Origin: a virus
IMG/VR virus record: IMGVR_UViG_3300045988_174698
Length of the DNA: 64,000 bases
Reading direction: 5' to 3' (one strand)
In this document: positions 1 through 12,707 of the stretch, piece after piece
Position numbering within the stretch: position 1 is the stretch's first letter
How the letters are laid out: every line of letters begins with the position of its first letter
Notes under the pieces: model-generated
Database searches by the model: none
What the model saw: only the letters and a program-made list of their open reading frames with translations
Told to the model about the DNA's origin: nothing
Position numbers and translations under genes: made by a program

Positions 1-66
1 CTTACTTTTACAAAAGCTGGGTCTTTCCTAGTTTCTAAAGTTCTTGATGTTAACCCAGTAAAATAA
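1..66 (+). CDS. 3' end of an upstream gene (partial; ...LTFTKAGSFLVSKVLDVNPVK, stop TAA 64-66)
   Basis: Open frame from the window edge to a TAA. No function can be inferred. Confidence 0.3.
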   Translation, partial: LTFTKAGSFLVSKVLDVNPVK

Positions 67-79
67 TATATTTTAAGGA

Positions 80-1504
80 ATGAAAAATATTAAACCAGAT
101 ATTGATCTTCAAAATTCAATCGAACGTAGTAGGATTACTGAATCTAGAGAGTATTACAAAGGCAAGTCTTTTAATTTTGCTAAAGAATGGCACCCTGGAA
201 TAAATTATTTTAATGATAATTATATTACTGACTTTGTATCTTATAAAGGAACTTTATTAGTATGCCGTAGAACACATCTTTCTAGTAATAGTAACAGACC
301 TGAGCTACTATTTGAAGATCCAAAAGATTCAAATCAGCCAACTGGAGTAAAATCTGAATATTGAGATTTTATATTGGCTGGAACTCCAGGACCTGGAGGA
401 AAAGTATATATCCCTAACTATAATACATCTACTGGAGAACTTTCTTGAGTTATATCTGATAATATAGAAAGTATTGACCCTGTAAATATAAAAGGGGAGG
501 ACGGTAAAGATGGAAGAGATGGTAAAGATGGAAAGAATGGAACAAATGGAAAAGATGGTGATACTTATGTTCCACAATCAGAGCTTGATAATAACTACAT
601 AGTATTTAAATCTTTACAAGGAAAGGAAACTATTAAAGTAGATTGTAGTAACTTAAAGGGAGAACCTGGAGAGAGAGGTGAAAAGGGTAATGATTGAGTA
701 TTTAGTAAAGTTAATACTATAACATTATCCCCAAATGATAAGGGATATGCAGATATATCTGCAGATACTCCTGGAAGTGAATCAACAACTTATACTTTAA
801 CTTTAGGAATCCCTCAAGGAAAAACAGGTCTTAAGGGGAATAAGGGAGAAAAAGGAGAGAAAGGAGATCAAGGAGAAAAAGGAGAAGCGGGTCCTACCCC
901 TCTTTTTAAACTTATAAGGAATGAGAGTACAAGATCTATAGATTTATATTGATCTATTGATGAAGATTCAGACTGAGTGAATCTAGGAAGTGTTGGGGGA
1001 AAATCTCCAAAGCTATTAAGAGTTTTTGATGTTGCAGAACATCCCAATGTTCAAAATAGTACTAGACGAGATGATCGTATAGTATGGGGGTATGATGGAA
1101 TTTCTGTTAGTGAATGGACAACTCTATGTTATTTAGATGAACTTAGAGGAGATGAGAATATATGAATAAGTACTAAAGAAATTAAGCCAGGTGAAGGCAA
1201 TCCTCCAGTGATGGAAGTTAGAGACCCTAATAATCCTGAAGAGATAATACAAGTAGAAGATAAAGACAAAATATGATATGATCCATTTGATATTAGTTTA
1301 GATGAATTTAGTTCATTTGAATTTGTATTCAATGCTTATAAGGAGGCGGGGGGTCAATTAAGTGAGGATGCTTTTAGAAATACCTTTGCTAAAGTCGATT
1401 TATCTAGTTATTATACTAAAATTGAAGTAGATAAAATTAAACAAGATTTAGAAAAGTTAATCCAAGACACATCGTCTATGGTGTGAAACGATGTTATTAA
1501 TTAA
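80..1504 (+). CDS. tail fibre protein with collagen-like G-X-Y repeats (~474 aa; 7 in-frame TGA=Trp)
   Basis: ATG at 80 with TAA just upstream in frame. Track ORFs 80-364 and 977-1165 share a frame and the gap between them has no TAA/TAG. Gly-X-Y runs are present (GEDGKDGRDGKDGKNGTNGKDGD; GEPGERGEKG; GNKGEKGEKGDQGEKGEAGP). It ends at TAA 1502-1504. Confidence 0.7.
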
Positions 1505-1514
1505 ATTTTAAACA

Positions 1515-2633
1515 ATGGCAAGTGTTATAAAATTTTATAGAGGACTTAGTTCTGATTATAATCCTGTAACCCATGCTGATGGTATTTTCTTTACAACAGA
1601 TACTCATAAAATTATGATGAACGGCTCCGAGTATGGAGGTGATTCTAGTAAGAAAGTATCTGATGTAACATTAAATGAAAATGGCAACGGTATTGTAATT
1701 ACATATACAGATTTATCCACTAAGAATTTAGACTTTGTGAAAGCAAGTTCTTTGGTCGACGGTTTAATGTCAAAAGAGGACAAAGCTAAACTTGATAGTC
1801 TAGATCCTACAGCAAGTGGTTCTTACGAATCTTCATTAGATCCTACAGTAGCAACTGTAGAGAAACTTGGAGGTATTGCGGCAGGTACAACTGTGAAACA
1901 ACTTACAGGTAAGAGTTATGATGAAATCTTTGATACTCTTATCTTCCCAACAGTTAATCCTACATTTACTGCTCCTTCTGCAAGTATCTCTTTAAAGAGT
2001 TATTCAAATATTCAAGAGATTGGAGCTGATGCTCCTACTGCAGCAAACTTTAATGTAGGATTTAATCCTGGAGCAATTACTTTGGCTGGAAAGAAACAGA
2101 ATAATAGAGCTGGCGCACAGGATGTAGAAGCTTCTAAGATTCTTTATGGCTCAACTAAAGTTGAATCTCTTCCATCAAAAGTAACAGCTGGTGCAATGGA
2201 TTATTACTATCGTGCATCTTATGCAGAGGGTCCTCAACCTAAAGATTCAAAGGGAAACAACTATCAAACTCCTCTTGCTGCTGGAAATGTAGATTCTGGA
2301 AAAGTAACTGTATCAGGATATCGTGCAGCTTACTCAGGCTTAGTTTCTACAAATGCAATTACAGAAGATGTTATTAAGGGAATGACCAAAACAGTTTCTG
2401 CAAAGAAGGCTATTAAAGTTTCTGGTCCTATTTCTGAACAATATATCTGTTTTGCAGCTCCAAAAGGGTGGGCAGTTTCAAATATTAAAGACAGTAATAA
2501 CTTTGATGTTACTAGTACATATACAACTAGTACCGTTTCAGTTACTGGTTTAGATGGTCAAGCTGTTAATTACACAGTATATTTATCTGGTAAGATGACG
2601 CAACCTGGTACTTACTATGTAAACTTTAACTAA
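1515..2633 (+). CDS. tail fibre-like structural protein (372 aa, no TGA)
   Basis: Intact ORF in the track. Its N-terminus (KFYRGLSSDYNPVTHADGIFFTTDTHKI) resembles the N-terminus of ORF 3855. Composition is Ser/Thr/Gly-rich and fibre-like. Confidence 0.7.
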   Translation: MASVIKFYRGLSSDYNPVTHADGIFFTTDTHKIMMNGSEYGGDSSKKVSDVTLNENGNGIVITYTDLSTKNLDFVKASSLVDGLMSKEDKAKLDSLDPTASGSYESSLDPTVATVEKLGGIAAGTTVKQLTGKSYDEIFDTLIFPTVNPTFTAPSASISLKSYSNIQEIGADAPTAANFNVGFNPGAITLAGKKQNNRAGAQDVEASKILYGSTKVESLPSKVTAGAMDYYYRASYAEGPQPKDSKGNNYQTPLAAGNVDSGKVTVSGYRAAYSGLVSTNAITEDVIKGMTKTVSAKKAIKVSGPISEQYICFAAPKGWAVSNIKDSNNFDVTSTYTTSTVSVTGLDGQAVNYTVYLSGKMTQPGTYYVNFN

Positions 2634-2635
2634 TC

Positions 2636-3796
2636 ATGGCAGAATATTTTGGTAAAGGTATTTCGGTAGGTTCAGGTTTTGATTTAGGTGCGAATCTACC
2701 ATTAGATAACAGAACGATTCAAGCTACGGTAGCTGATCGTGATGCAATGCCAACAATTCAGTTGGTAGAAGGTCTTTTCGTTTATGTAAAAGAAAATAAG
2801 ACCGCATATATTCTTAAAGGATTTGATCCTGACGGATCTAATCGTGTTTGGGAAACTGTTGCTACAGGAAAAGTAGTTGATATTATTAATTCACTTGAAA
2901 GTGATAGAACAGATGCTGCTCTTTCTGCAGCACAAGGTAAGGCTTTAAAAACTCTTGTAGATGAACTGAAAGCTTCAGTCGCTGCAGCTCTTGACTATAA
3001 GGGTACTAAAGATACCTATGATGCACTTCCTTCAGAAGGAAATAAGAAAGGTGATGTTTGGAATGTAGTAGCTGCTCATGAGGGCACGCCTGCAGGTACA
3101 AATTATGCCTGGGATGGAGCTAAATGGGATCCTCTGGGAGGTACAGTAGATCTTTCAGGTTATTATACAAAGTCACAAGTAGATGATGCAATTTCTGCAG
3201 CAAAAACAGAGCTTAAGGCAGCGGATACAGCTTTAGAAGGACAGATTGCTACTGTTACTAATCAACTTAATAACAAAGTTGATAAAGTTGAAGGATCAGG
3301 TTTAATCTCAGATACAGATTTAAATCAAATTAGAACTAATAAATCTAATATCGAAAGTCTACAAACATCTGTTGGAGGTAAGCAAGAAGCTCTTACTGAG
3401 GGTCAAGCTGTTTCAATTACAGAGGAAAATGTTATTGATGTTAAGTTAGATCCAGCTTCAGATGCAGCCCTATCAAAATCAGCCGAAGGTCTTAAGTTAG
3501 ATCTTAGTGGAGTAAAAGGCTCAACCGTAAAGGTTGGAGTTGCTATTACTGGCGGTGCAGAAATTGGGGCAGATCAAACAATTGCTGCTGGTATGCAAGC
3601 TCTTAGTGATAGTATTAGAACCGCTGTTGCAGGTGGTATTACATCATTAACTAGCCCTGATGAGACTGTTACTGTTACAGGTACAGGTACTTCTAGAGGT
3701 TTAGCTGTAAATATATCTAAATTAGTGTCATCAAGTTCAGCTATCCAAATTGGAGAAGATAACAAGCTTGATTTGTATTGAATGGAAATTGAGTAA
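2636..3796 (+). CDS. tail fibre protein (~386 aa; ends LDLY-W-MEIE with one TGA=Trp)
   Basis: Track ORF 2636-3781 continues through TGA to TAA at about 3794-3796. It has coiled-coil/Ala-rich fibre-like composition. Confidence 0.65.
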
Positions 3797-3854
3797 ATAA
3801 CCTTTCCCACTCCCTCATGAAAATTAGAGGGGGGGGTAAATTTAAAAAAAAAAT

Positions 3855-4061
3855 ATGCAATTAAGTTTTCAAAAAATTACAACAGTTCCAACAAGTGATC
3901 TTGTAGCAGGTAGAATATATTTTGAAACATCAACAGGTATGATTAAAGTAGCAACAAGTGCTACTGATGTTGATAAATTTGGTGATGGTGTAAAATCTGC
4001 GAGTTGAGATGAGGGAGCCAAAACCTTAAAGATTGTAAATGAGAGTGGATATGAAATCTAA
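3855..4061 (+). CDS. 68-aa ORF encoding a fibre N-terminal anchor-like domain, terminated by an in-frame TAA
   Basis: ATG 3855. MQLSFQKITTVPTSDLVAGRIYFETSTGMIKV... parallels the N-terminus of gene 1515. One TGA=Trp. TAA at 4059-4061 lies in the same frame as the downstream fibre ORF. Confidence 0.5.
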
Positions 4062-5459
4062 TTAAATCTTTCAGATGTAGCCTCTGCTTCTGCAGTTACT
4101 ACAGAATTAGCAAAGAAATTAAGTTTAGGATCATCTGGAGATGCTGCAGGTACTCAAAGCTATTATGGTTTAAAGAAAGATATTTCTGCAGCACAGACAG
4201 CTGCTACAAATGCAGCAAAAACATATACAGATGGGGAAATTGCAAAAATTCCCGCAGCTATTGTTTATAAAGCAGATGGCACAACAATTACCCAGAGTGG
4301 AGATAGTACTGTTACTTTTACAGTTGGCACGATTGCTCAGAATAAAGTCACAGGATTAGAAAGTGCACTTGCTAGTAAGGCTTCCACAACAGATCTTAAT
4401 GCAGTAAAAGCTACAGCTGAGGCTGCTGCTCCTCAAGCTACAACATATACTAAAACTGAAGTAGATAATAAGGTATCTGCTGCAGTTGGAAGTGTATATA
4501 AAATGAAGGGTTCTGTAGATGACGCCACAGCTCTTCAAGCTTTAACAGGAGTAGCTATTGGTGATACATATAATGTAATTGCTGCAGGCTCTTTAAATGG
4601 AGAACCTTTTGAAGCAGGCTCAAATTTTGTAGCTATTAAAGCTGGTGCAGGTAATCAAGAAGGAATGTGGGATAAGCTAGGAGGAACCATTGACTTATCT
4701 GCTTATGCTAGAAGCGCAGATGTGGCTAATACTTACGCTACTAAAACTGCAGTAACTTCTGAAATTGCTACTAAAATCGGAACTTTAGACAAAGCTGATA
4801 CTGCTGTCGAAGGTCAGGTTGTTTCTGCAGTTTCTGAAACTGATGGTATTATTACTGTTTCTCGTAGAGCACTTGTAGCAGGCGATATTCCTACTTTAGC
4901 TACTTCTAAAATCTCAGGACTTGATACTGCTCTTAATGGAAAGGTCCCAACTACAAGAACCGTTAATAGTAAATCACTATCAGCTGATGTAGTACTTGCT
5001 GGTACAGATATTCTAGTTGGAGGTGATGGAACATACAGCACTAATAATCTTCAGGAAGCTATTGAAGCTATTGATGGAAGAATTGTCCAGGCGGCTGCAT
5101 CTGGAGTACAGTCATTTGGTGGAAAAACTGGCGCTATTACTGTTAGAGGAGGACAAGCTGCTACTGCTCCTGCGGTTAATTTAACAATGTCAGACAATGA
5201 GCTCCAAGCTGCTGTTATTGGGGTTGCTACCGCTGCACAAGGTGCTAAAGCTGATACGGCTCTTCAGAGTTCCAGTATTACTTCTGGTTCAGTTAATGGT
5301 ACAATTGCTGTCAAAGGATCTAATGTATTTGTCAAAGGTCTAGGCTCCTCAGCATATACTGAAACCTCTGCATTTGACGCTGCTGGTTCCGCAGATTCTG
5401 CTCTTAAGTCTGCAAAAGAGTATGCTGATAATCTAATGGTATGGGCTGAATTTAATTAA
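4062..5459 (+). CDS. tail fibre distal portion; open in frame from 4062 but first ATG only at 4503 (possible readthrough or pseudogene)
   Basis: The same frame as 3855-4061 stays open from 4062 to TAA 5457-5459. It has Ala/Thr-rich fibre composition with no ATG/GTG/TTG in frame before 4503. Confidence 0.5.
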   Translation, partial: LNLSDVASASAVTTELAKKLSLGSSGDAAGTQSYYGLKKDISAAQTAATNAAKTYTDGEIAKIPAAIVYKADGTTITQSGDSTVTFTVGTIAQNKVTGLESALASKASTTDLNAVKATAEAAAPQATTYTKTEVDNKVSAAVGSVYKMKGSVDDATALQALTGVAIGDTYNVIAAGSLNGEPFEAGSNFVAIKAGAGNQEGMWDKLGGTIDLSAYARSADVANTYATKTAVTSEIATKIGTLDKADTAVEGQVVSAVSETDGIITVSRRALVAGDIPTLATSKISGLDTALNGKVPTTRTVNSKSLSADVVLAGTDILVGGDGTYSTNNLQEAIEAIDGRIVQAAASGVQSFGGKTGAITVRGGQAATAPAVNLTMSDNELQAAVIGVATAAQGAKADTALQSSSITSGSVNGTIAVKGSNVFVKGLGSSAYTETSAFDAAGSADSALKSAKEYADNLMVWAEFN

Positions 5460-5466
5460 TAATAAC

Positions 5467-5505
5467 TGGGGATAGAGACTGTATCCCTGTCCCCTTCTTT
5501 TTTTA
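5467..5505 (+). terminator. rho-independent terminator candidate
   Basis: The hairpin GGGGATAGAGACTGTATCCCTGTCCCC is followed by a T-run immediately after the fibre stop. Confidence 0.5.
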
Positions 5506-5517
5506 TACTAGTATATT

Positions 5518-8500
5518 ATGGCAATTAGAAATAAATTTATCCATTTTAAAACTAGGGCTGCATTTAATTCATATTTAGAAACACATGCGGACGATTTATA
5601 TAATTATACAACTTTTATAAAAGAAACAAAAGAAATTTATACTCATGGACAATTTTATAAGTCTAGTAATAAATGGGCTATTTCAAGCCTAACAGGCAAC
5701 TCTGACTATGCAACATTAGCTTATAATAATGGTAAGGTTGGGGATATATTTGACATGTCCTCTGGGACTACTGTTCATGGTATATTAGGTACAATTAATG
5801 ATAAGAAATGATATATATTCTATAAAGATTCTATTAGAGAATATATATATAATACAGATACAAAAAAATTTACAGCAGGAGCTACAATTAATCTTGCTAA
5901 TGACTCTGAAATTCCAGATCCTGCTACTGTGGCTCCTAAAATGGATGGTACAGCTGCTGTAGGATCATCTAATAAATATGCACGTGAAGACCATGTGCAT
6001 CCTTCAGATAATACCAAACAGGATACTCTTGTTAGTGGAGAATCAATTAGAACAATTAACAATCTTTCTTTATTAGGGGAAGGTAATATTAATGTAGGCG
6101 ATGTTCCTTCTATTACAGTAGAACATGAGCAAATACCAAATGAGACAGATTTTAATAGAGTTGCAGAAGCTGCGGCAAATAATAGAGCTGTTTTAATTAG
6201 AATTAAAACTACTGAAATGACGTTAACCTCTAATTATTGACAGTATACCTCTTCAGAATCTCAGAGAGGCTTTGTTGCTTATGCAACATATTTATCAGAA
6301 ACTAATAACATAACTCTGACGGCACATATTATAGAAAATCAACCAGTTATGGTAGAAACTTATGATAAAGAATTACAAGAAGAGTTAGTTTCTGGGACTA
6401 ATATTAAAACTATTAATGGTACTGCTATACTAGGATCAGGTAATATAGACACTCCAGATAGTAAGGTTACTAGTGCTGCTAATCACTATACTCCTGTTGG
6501 AGGAAGTGCTACATCTGGAACTATTATAAATTCTATTACTAAGGATGAGAAAGGACATATTATAGATATAGGGGTTGCTAATGGTATAGATGCTGGTAAA
6601 ATTACCTCGGGAGTTATTGATATTGAGAGATTGCCTAAGGGAGCACTGGAGCGTTTAGTAATAGTTGCAAATAAAGCAGCAAGACTAGCTTTAACCACTG
6701 AACAAGTACAAGAAGGCGATACTGTTAAAGAGAAAGATACAGGTCACATGTATTTTGTTATTGATTCTTCTAAATTAAATAGTGAAGATGGCTACTCTAT
6801 TTATACAGCAGGAGCAGCATCTAGTGTGCCGTGGTCGGGAGTGACAGGTAAACCTGATTTAGTTAACTCGGTTAAGTTAGTACTGCCAAGTTCCATATTC
6901 ATTAATTCTGAAAGTACACTTACAGGAAATGCAGAATTAGGATCATCTTTAAGTACACAAAACGCTAATACAGTATGAGCAGCTCCAAGTGGCACATCTG
7001 GGGTACCAACATTTAGGAAATTAACTTTCCTAGATATGAATACAGTAACGTCAGATGAATTTAACTATATACCACAGACATTTAAAGGAGGAAGGCTAGT
7101 AATTAATTATAAAAACTCTGCTGGGGGTCAAAATACTGACAACACTATAACAGAATACCAATTTGGAGATGGGGCCAGTAATCTTACATACATAACAGCA
7201 AAAGGTTTTAAAACTTCGGAAAATCATGGACACAGGGTACTATGTTCAAATGGGTCTTCCAAATTATTGTATGGACCATCAACTCCTGGAACAGCAGGAC
7301 AAGTATTAATTTCAAATGGGGGATCAGCTCCTGAATGGGGAAAAGTACCTATAACTAGTGTAGGAGGTCCTACTGTTGACACTGCAACTTCTAATACTGT
7401 ACCATATGGAATTACTTCATATATTGGGGAGTACCGTTCTGATAAATTAGCGTTTATAAAGAGCACTGATTTATATGGAGAAATGAGTAAAAACAACGGA
7501 GAATCATGAACTGAAGATCCTCAAGGAAGTAGTAGACTTATAAGTTTATTTACTTCACAAGATAATAAGTATGGTCTACAATTAATAGATACAGAAGATG
7601 TTAGCACAACCACTCAATATAGACTTACTATAAATAATAGTGACAGGTATTGTACTATTGATTGAATATATATATATGTGTCTACTAACGGCTCTGGTTA
7701 TAATTGCTTTATAGAAGCATATAATCCTAGTTCTGAATCTTGAGATATAATATCTCAGGATGCTGTTTTACAGGGGTGATCGGGACCTAATTTTAGAGCT
7801 TTGACATCTTCTATATATTATAACAATTCCCCAAGTACAGCTTCTCAATATTCGAAACTAAGGTTTACATTTTCAACTAAAAGTGTTAGTGAAAACCATG
7901 GCGGACAACTAACAGTCTATAGAATTTCTGGATATGGTACTTATGGCTGGAGAATGCCTAATAATACAGCTAAGGTGGGTCAAATATATTCTTGGGATAA
8001 TGCTCAAAATGTCTCTTTTCCAGGAAGTGTATCGGCTTGAAAATTTATCAGTAATGGGGGTACTAGTACTAATGTAACAATGGGAGATGGATCTCTAAAA
8101 GATCTTAAAACTAAACAACTAGTTGTAAACGGTACTATAAATAATTTTTATTCATCAGATAGTGTTGAGGTTAGACTTTACGCTCCTACTTCAGGTGGTA
8201 CTAGTGGGCAGATTCTTGTATCTAATGGTAATAATGCTCCTAACTGAGCATCCTTAGATAGTTTAGGATATCTACCATTAACAGGAGGTACAATTTCTGG
8301 AAGTTTAAGGGTTAGTGGTCACATTAATCCCGTAAACAATGGAGTTTCAAATATTGGAGAGAGTGGTAAGAAATTTAAGGACATATATGCTACTACTCTT
8401 CATGGAAATTTTAATGAATCTACAACATTTGCAGCACCCCATCCTAACCCAATATATATTGATAATACTAATAATAGTACTGATGGTGTTTATTTAGTAT

Positions 8501-10146
8501 TGAAGAATAAAGGAGTATATGTTTCTTCATTTGGAACTACTAATGAAACTACTAATTACATTGAGACCTTTATGTTACATAGAAAATCTGATCAATCTAA
8601 TAGCTATAAACTATCAATTAGAGATGACGGAAACGCTTATATACGAGGTAAAATAATAGCAACACAAGAATGGGTAACAAATAATATATCAGGATTAAGT
8701 ACTAATATTAGTAGTCAAGGTTCTGTAATTGCTTCACTTGGACAGTACTTAATTACAGGGGCAGATGCAAATGCAACTACTACTACAAGTACAGTAAAAA
8801 TTAAGTTAAAGCAAATAGGAAGATCCACAGCTACGAGTGCAAGTGCTTTTGGTTCTCCAAGTTTAGAATCATCTGGTGTAACTATTCCTGCTGCAACAAC
8901 AACTACAGCAGGAGTAATGACTGCTACTGATAAAAGTAATCTTAATACAGCTTATAGTTGAGGAAATCATGCTTCCGCAGGATATTTAAAGGGTATTCCA
9001 GAAGCAACCTCAGGCTCTTATGGAGGAATAAAAATAGGGTATCAAGCAGCTGATAAAAGTTATGCAGTACAATTAGATAGTAATGGTAAAGCTTATGTAA
9101 ATGTGCCTTGAGAAAAGGGAACTGGCACTATAACACAGATTAATGCAGGTCTTGGTATGAAACCAAAGCTAATAACTGGGAGGGGCACGTTAGATTTAAG
9201 TTTGAGATCTAGTACACAGATGTCACTAAGTTCTCAAAATGCTTCTACTGTATCTGGAAAAGTATATGCAGTTCAACTAGATAAAGATGGATATTTAGGT
9301 GTAAGTGTACCTTGAACAGATACAAATACAAACTATTATCCAACAACATTTACATGAACAAATGGAACCAGTAAAGGTCCAACAGGTTCACTAACTGGTA
9401 CTGGAATGAGTGCTGTTTCGTTTGGCTCTATACCTATAGCTAGTCTAAGTAATTCTGGTGTTATAACTACTGAAGCACAAGAAATAAGCGGCGAGAAATA
9501 CTTTAATAATGGAGTATTTGTTGGATTAAGCGGGAGTGTTAGTAGAGGTATTATAGACGGGAAGGCCTTTGGGTATGATGGACTAGCTATTGTTTCAGAT
9601 AGCAATGTGTATATAGCTCCAGATAACAATATTGTATATTTTGGATACGATGGGGATACATATATACAAGATGGAGTATTTAGTGGAACCGCTAGTAAGG
9701 CAAATATGGTTACAGGAGCATTAACTATACATAGTGGATCTACGAATATAACATATAATGGATCAAAGACAGAAGAGATTACAATTCCTAGAAATCGACA
9801 AACTAACCTAACTAGACAAGCATATGGGAGTGATTCGTCAATTTCTGTTAAAAAAGGTATATGTTATTATCATAACACAGGTTCACTATGGGCGACAAGT
9901 ATTAATCTATCTTTAAATACAGCTGACTGAAGTAGTATAGAAAGCACTAATGATACAGAGATAATTGAAACGTCTATGGTAGTAGTTGAAAGCGCATATC
10001 CTGTTACTTTTAGTTCAAACTCAATGTTAAAAGTGCAAAAAGATATTCCGTTAACTGGAGATGCAGGAACATATAGAGTTTATGTTTTTTCAAGAATAAC
10101 ACCAACTCTAGTTGCTGTAAACTGTGCTGTATATAAAGCTTCTTAA
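5518..10146 (+). CDS. giant tail fibre / receptor-binding protein (~1542 aa; ~16 in-frame TGA=Trp)
   Basis: Track ORFs 5518, 5929, 6349, 7036, 7801, 8500 and 9406 are all in frame 1. I read the gaps codon by codon (6241-6348, 7510-7800 and 9931-10146 with position checks) and found no TAA/TAG. It ends at TAA 10144-10146. Composition is fibre-like (S/T/G/N-rich) with repeated YxSTNGxT-type segments. Confidence 0.7.
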
Positions 10147-10157
10147 TATAATTAGTT

Positions 10158-12389
10158 ATGAGTGTAAAATATTTTGATAAAAATAAAAATAAATGAGTTA
10201 TTTTCCCTGGAACAGTTGGGGCTCCTGGAAAAAATGGAAAAGACGCATATGATATTGCAGTAGAGCATGGATATGAAGGATCAGAAGAAGAGTATAACAA
10301 TACTCTTCTTCAAATTCCTGAAGTTGTTAATAAATTAGAAACTATAGACAACACTCCTACTAAAGGAAGTAATAACTTAGTAACTTCTGGAGGAGTAAAA
10401 GATGCTATTGATAGTTTAGATGCTAGTTTATCAGGATCTATTGAAAATATTATCGATGTTGAAATAAGTAATCAGATCAAGAGCTCTATAGTTGATAATT
10501 TATTAACAGATGATGTTAATAAATCACTATCTGCGAAACAAGGTAAAATTTTAAAAGGTATAATTGATAATTTAGCTAATATACAATTCTTAGTAGTTGA
10601 TGTATTACCATCTAGTGATATTAAGAGTAATATCATATACTTAGTCAAAAAGAAAGGATCAGGGACAGATGTTCATGATGAATATATTTATATTGAAAAC
10701 AACTGAGAAAAAATTGGGGATACCTCTATTGATTTGACTAACTATTATACAAAGGATCAAGTTGATTCTCAGATTCAAAATGTTAGGGAAGATATTCCTA
10801 GTATTCCTGATGTTAATATAGTATTAAGTGGTAGTGGTAATGTAATTACAGAATTAGCAGTTGATTCTGTTAATAAGCATAAATTAGTAGCTTCTAAAAG
10901 TATTTCAGTATATACAAAAGAAGAAGTAGACGAGAGACTTAGTGAAAGTGGTTATGGAGATGTAACGGCAGCTGCTGAATTTTCGACAGCAGATAGAGTA
11001 ATTACTTCTAATGGTCAAGGTAAAGTCATTAAAGATTCTGGAGTATTAATTGGAAATTTAGCAAAGTTATCAGATGTTCCTAAGACACTAACTGATTTAA
11101 ATGTAACCTCAACAGATATTACAGATATTTTAGGATATATTCCTGCTGATTCTGCACAGGCTGGTATGGGGGATGTTACAGGTCCTACTTCGGCTATTAA
11201 TAATAATTTTGCTTCTTTTAATAATAACAGTGGAAAAGTTATTAAAGACTCTGGATATAATCCTGACTCATTCGCCAGATTAAATCATACTCATACAGTA
11301 TCTCAAATTACTGATATGCCAACTCCAATAACAGTAGATTCAGAATTAAACAGTACTTCTGAGAACCCTGTTCAGAATAAGGTTATTAACAACGCACTGT
11401 CTTCTAAAGTAGATACTTCTACATTAAGCAACTATGTTACAAAAGATGAGATAGCAGAACTTGGAGGAGGGGATGTAGTTGCAGTTGGAGATTTAGCAAA
11501 TAATATGTTAGTAATAGGTGCAGGTACAAAATCTGTTTCAGCTTCTAATATTCCAATATCTGATATATCAACTCTTAAGACTAATGTTACACAACTATCT
11601 GATAGTATAGATGAACTAACCCAACAAGTATTAGAACTTGATTATGTTAATTCTATAGATATTAGGGGAGATTCAGGGAATCCTATTTCTATTAATTCTC
11701 AAAATCATACAATTTCTGTTAGTGGAGCTGATAATTACTTAGCTACTACGGTTGAAAATAATACTGGTGATTTGAAATTATTAATTGGTCATAAATCAAA
11801 TTATGATCACGTGCCAACAGTAAATCAAGTAGCTAGTGAGGATCGAATTGCATTTGTACCCTCAGAAATGACTTCCTATCGATTAGGAGTTATTGGTAAG
11901 GATATTAGAATACCTGCTACAGGAATAGATGGACTAGCAGATGTAGCTAAAAGTGGATCTTATAACGACCTTACTGCAACTCCTGTATTTAAGTCTTTAC
12001 ATATTTCTGCTGGAGAACTTACTAAAGTTTATGACCCAACTGTTGCAAAAGTGGATATTGATTTAAATCCTCCCCTAGATAATAGATATGAAAAATTATT
12101 AGGTATTAGTTTGTCTGCAGGTGATCCTGGAACATTTATTGAGGTTACAGAAACAGCCCACACAATCAATGTTTCTAATCTAACAGCCTCTAGATCTGAG
12201 GCCATAGTAGTTGTTAGAGGAGATTGTACAGTTAATTTTTCAGGAACTAATATATATATTATAAACAATGCTAGTGATTTAGCAGGGACATCTACTCAAA
12301 GAAAAGTTTATACTGTAAAAAGGATTGAAGATGATTCAAACAATCCAATGGTATTAATTACATGTGCCCTATATAACCCTAATAATTAA
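10158..12389 (+). CDS. tail fibre protein (~743 aa; 2 TGA=Trp)
   Basis: ATG 10158 (MSVKYFDKNKNK-W-VIFPGTVGAPGKNGKDAYD...). I verified codon by codon that it is in frame with track ORF 10734-12389 with no stop. Ends at TAA. Confidence 0.7.
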
Positions 12390-12390
12390 T

Positions 12391-12681
12391 ATGTTATCTA
12401 TTATTAAAGAATTATTGTTGAAAATTATTAATGATATTGACACAGGCAATTTAAATTTAAGTGCAAAGGAGTGTGAAGAAGTTATTGACTATTTGTCTTT
12501 CATAAGTAATAAGAATGAAAAGCTTAGTAAATATCAAGCTTGTAAATATTTAAACATCAGCAGAGCTACTTTTGATAATTATGTTCGTGCAGGCAAAATT
12601 CCAAAAGGAAGAAAACAACAAGGATTTAAAGAGTTATTCTTTTATAAGAAAGATTTAGATAAATTTAAAGAAAATAATTAG
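12391..12681 (+). CDS. small helix-turn-helix DNA-binding protein (AlpA/excisionase-like, ~96 aa)
   Basis: Contains ...KYQACKYLNISRATFDNYVRAGKIPKGRK..., a typical HTH. The ATG overlaps the fibre stop and it ends at TAG 12679-12681. Confidence 0.55.
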   Translation: MLSIIKELLLKIINDIDTGNLNLSAKECEEVIDYLSFISNKNEKLSKYQACKYLNISRATFDNYVRAGKIPKGRKQQGFKELFFYKKDLDKFKENN

Positions 12682-12707
12682 TAACATGACGCTAACTATT
12701 CTTTGGT

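Noticed and set aside
3796-3855. Terminator after gene 2636-3796 (CCCACTCCCTC…GAGGGGGGGG)
   Set aside because: The stem is imperfect and is followed by an A-run rather than a T-run on this strand. It could be a weak structure or a promoter-proximal element, so I did not call it.
80-12389. Diversity-generating retroelement (DGR) targeting the fibre genes
   Set aside because: No reverse transcriptase ORF (YxDD) is present in the window. I did not find a template/variable repeat pair with adenine-specific mismatches, though short repeats cannot be excluded by eye.
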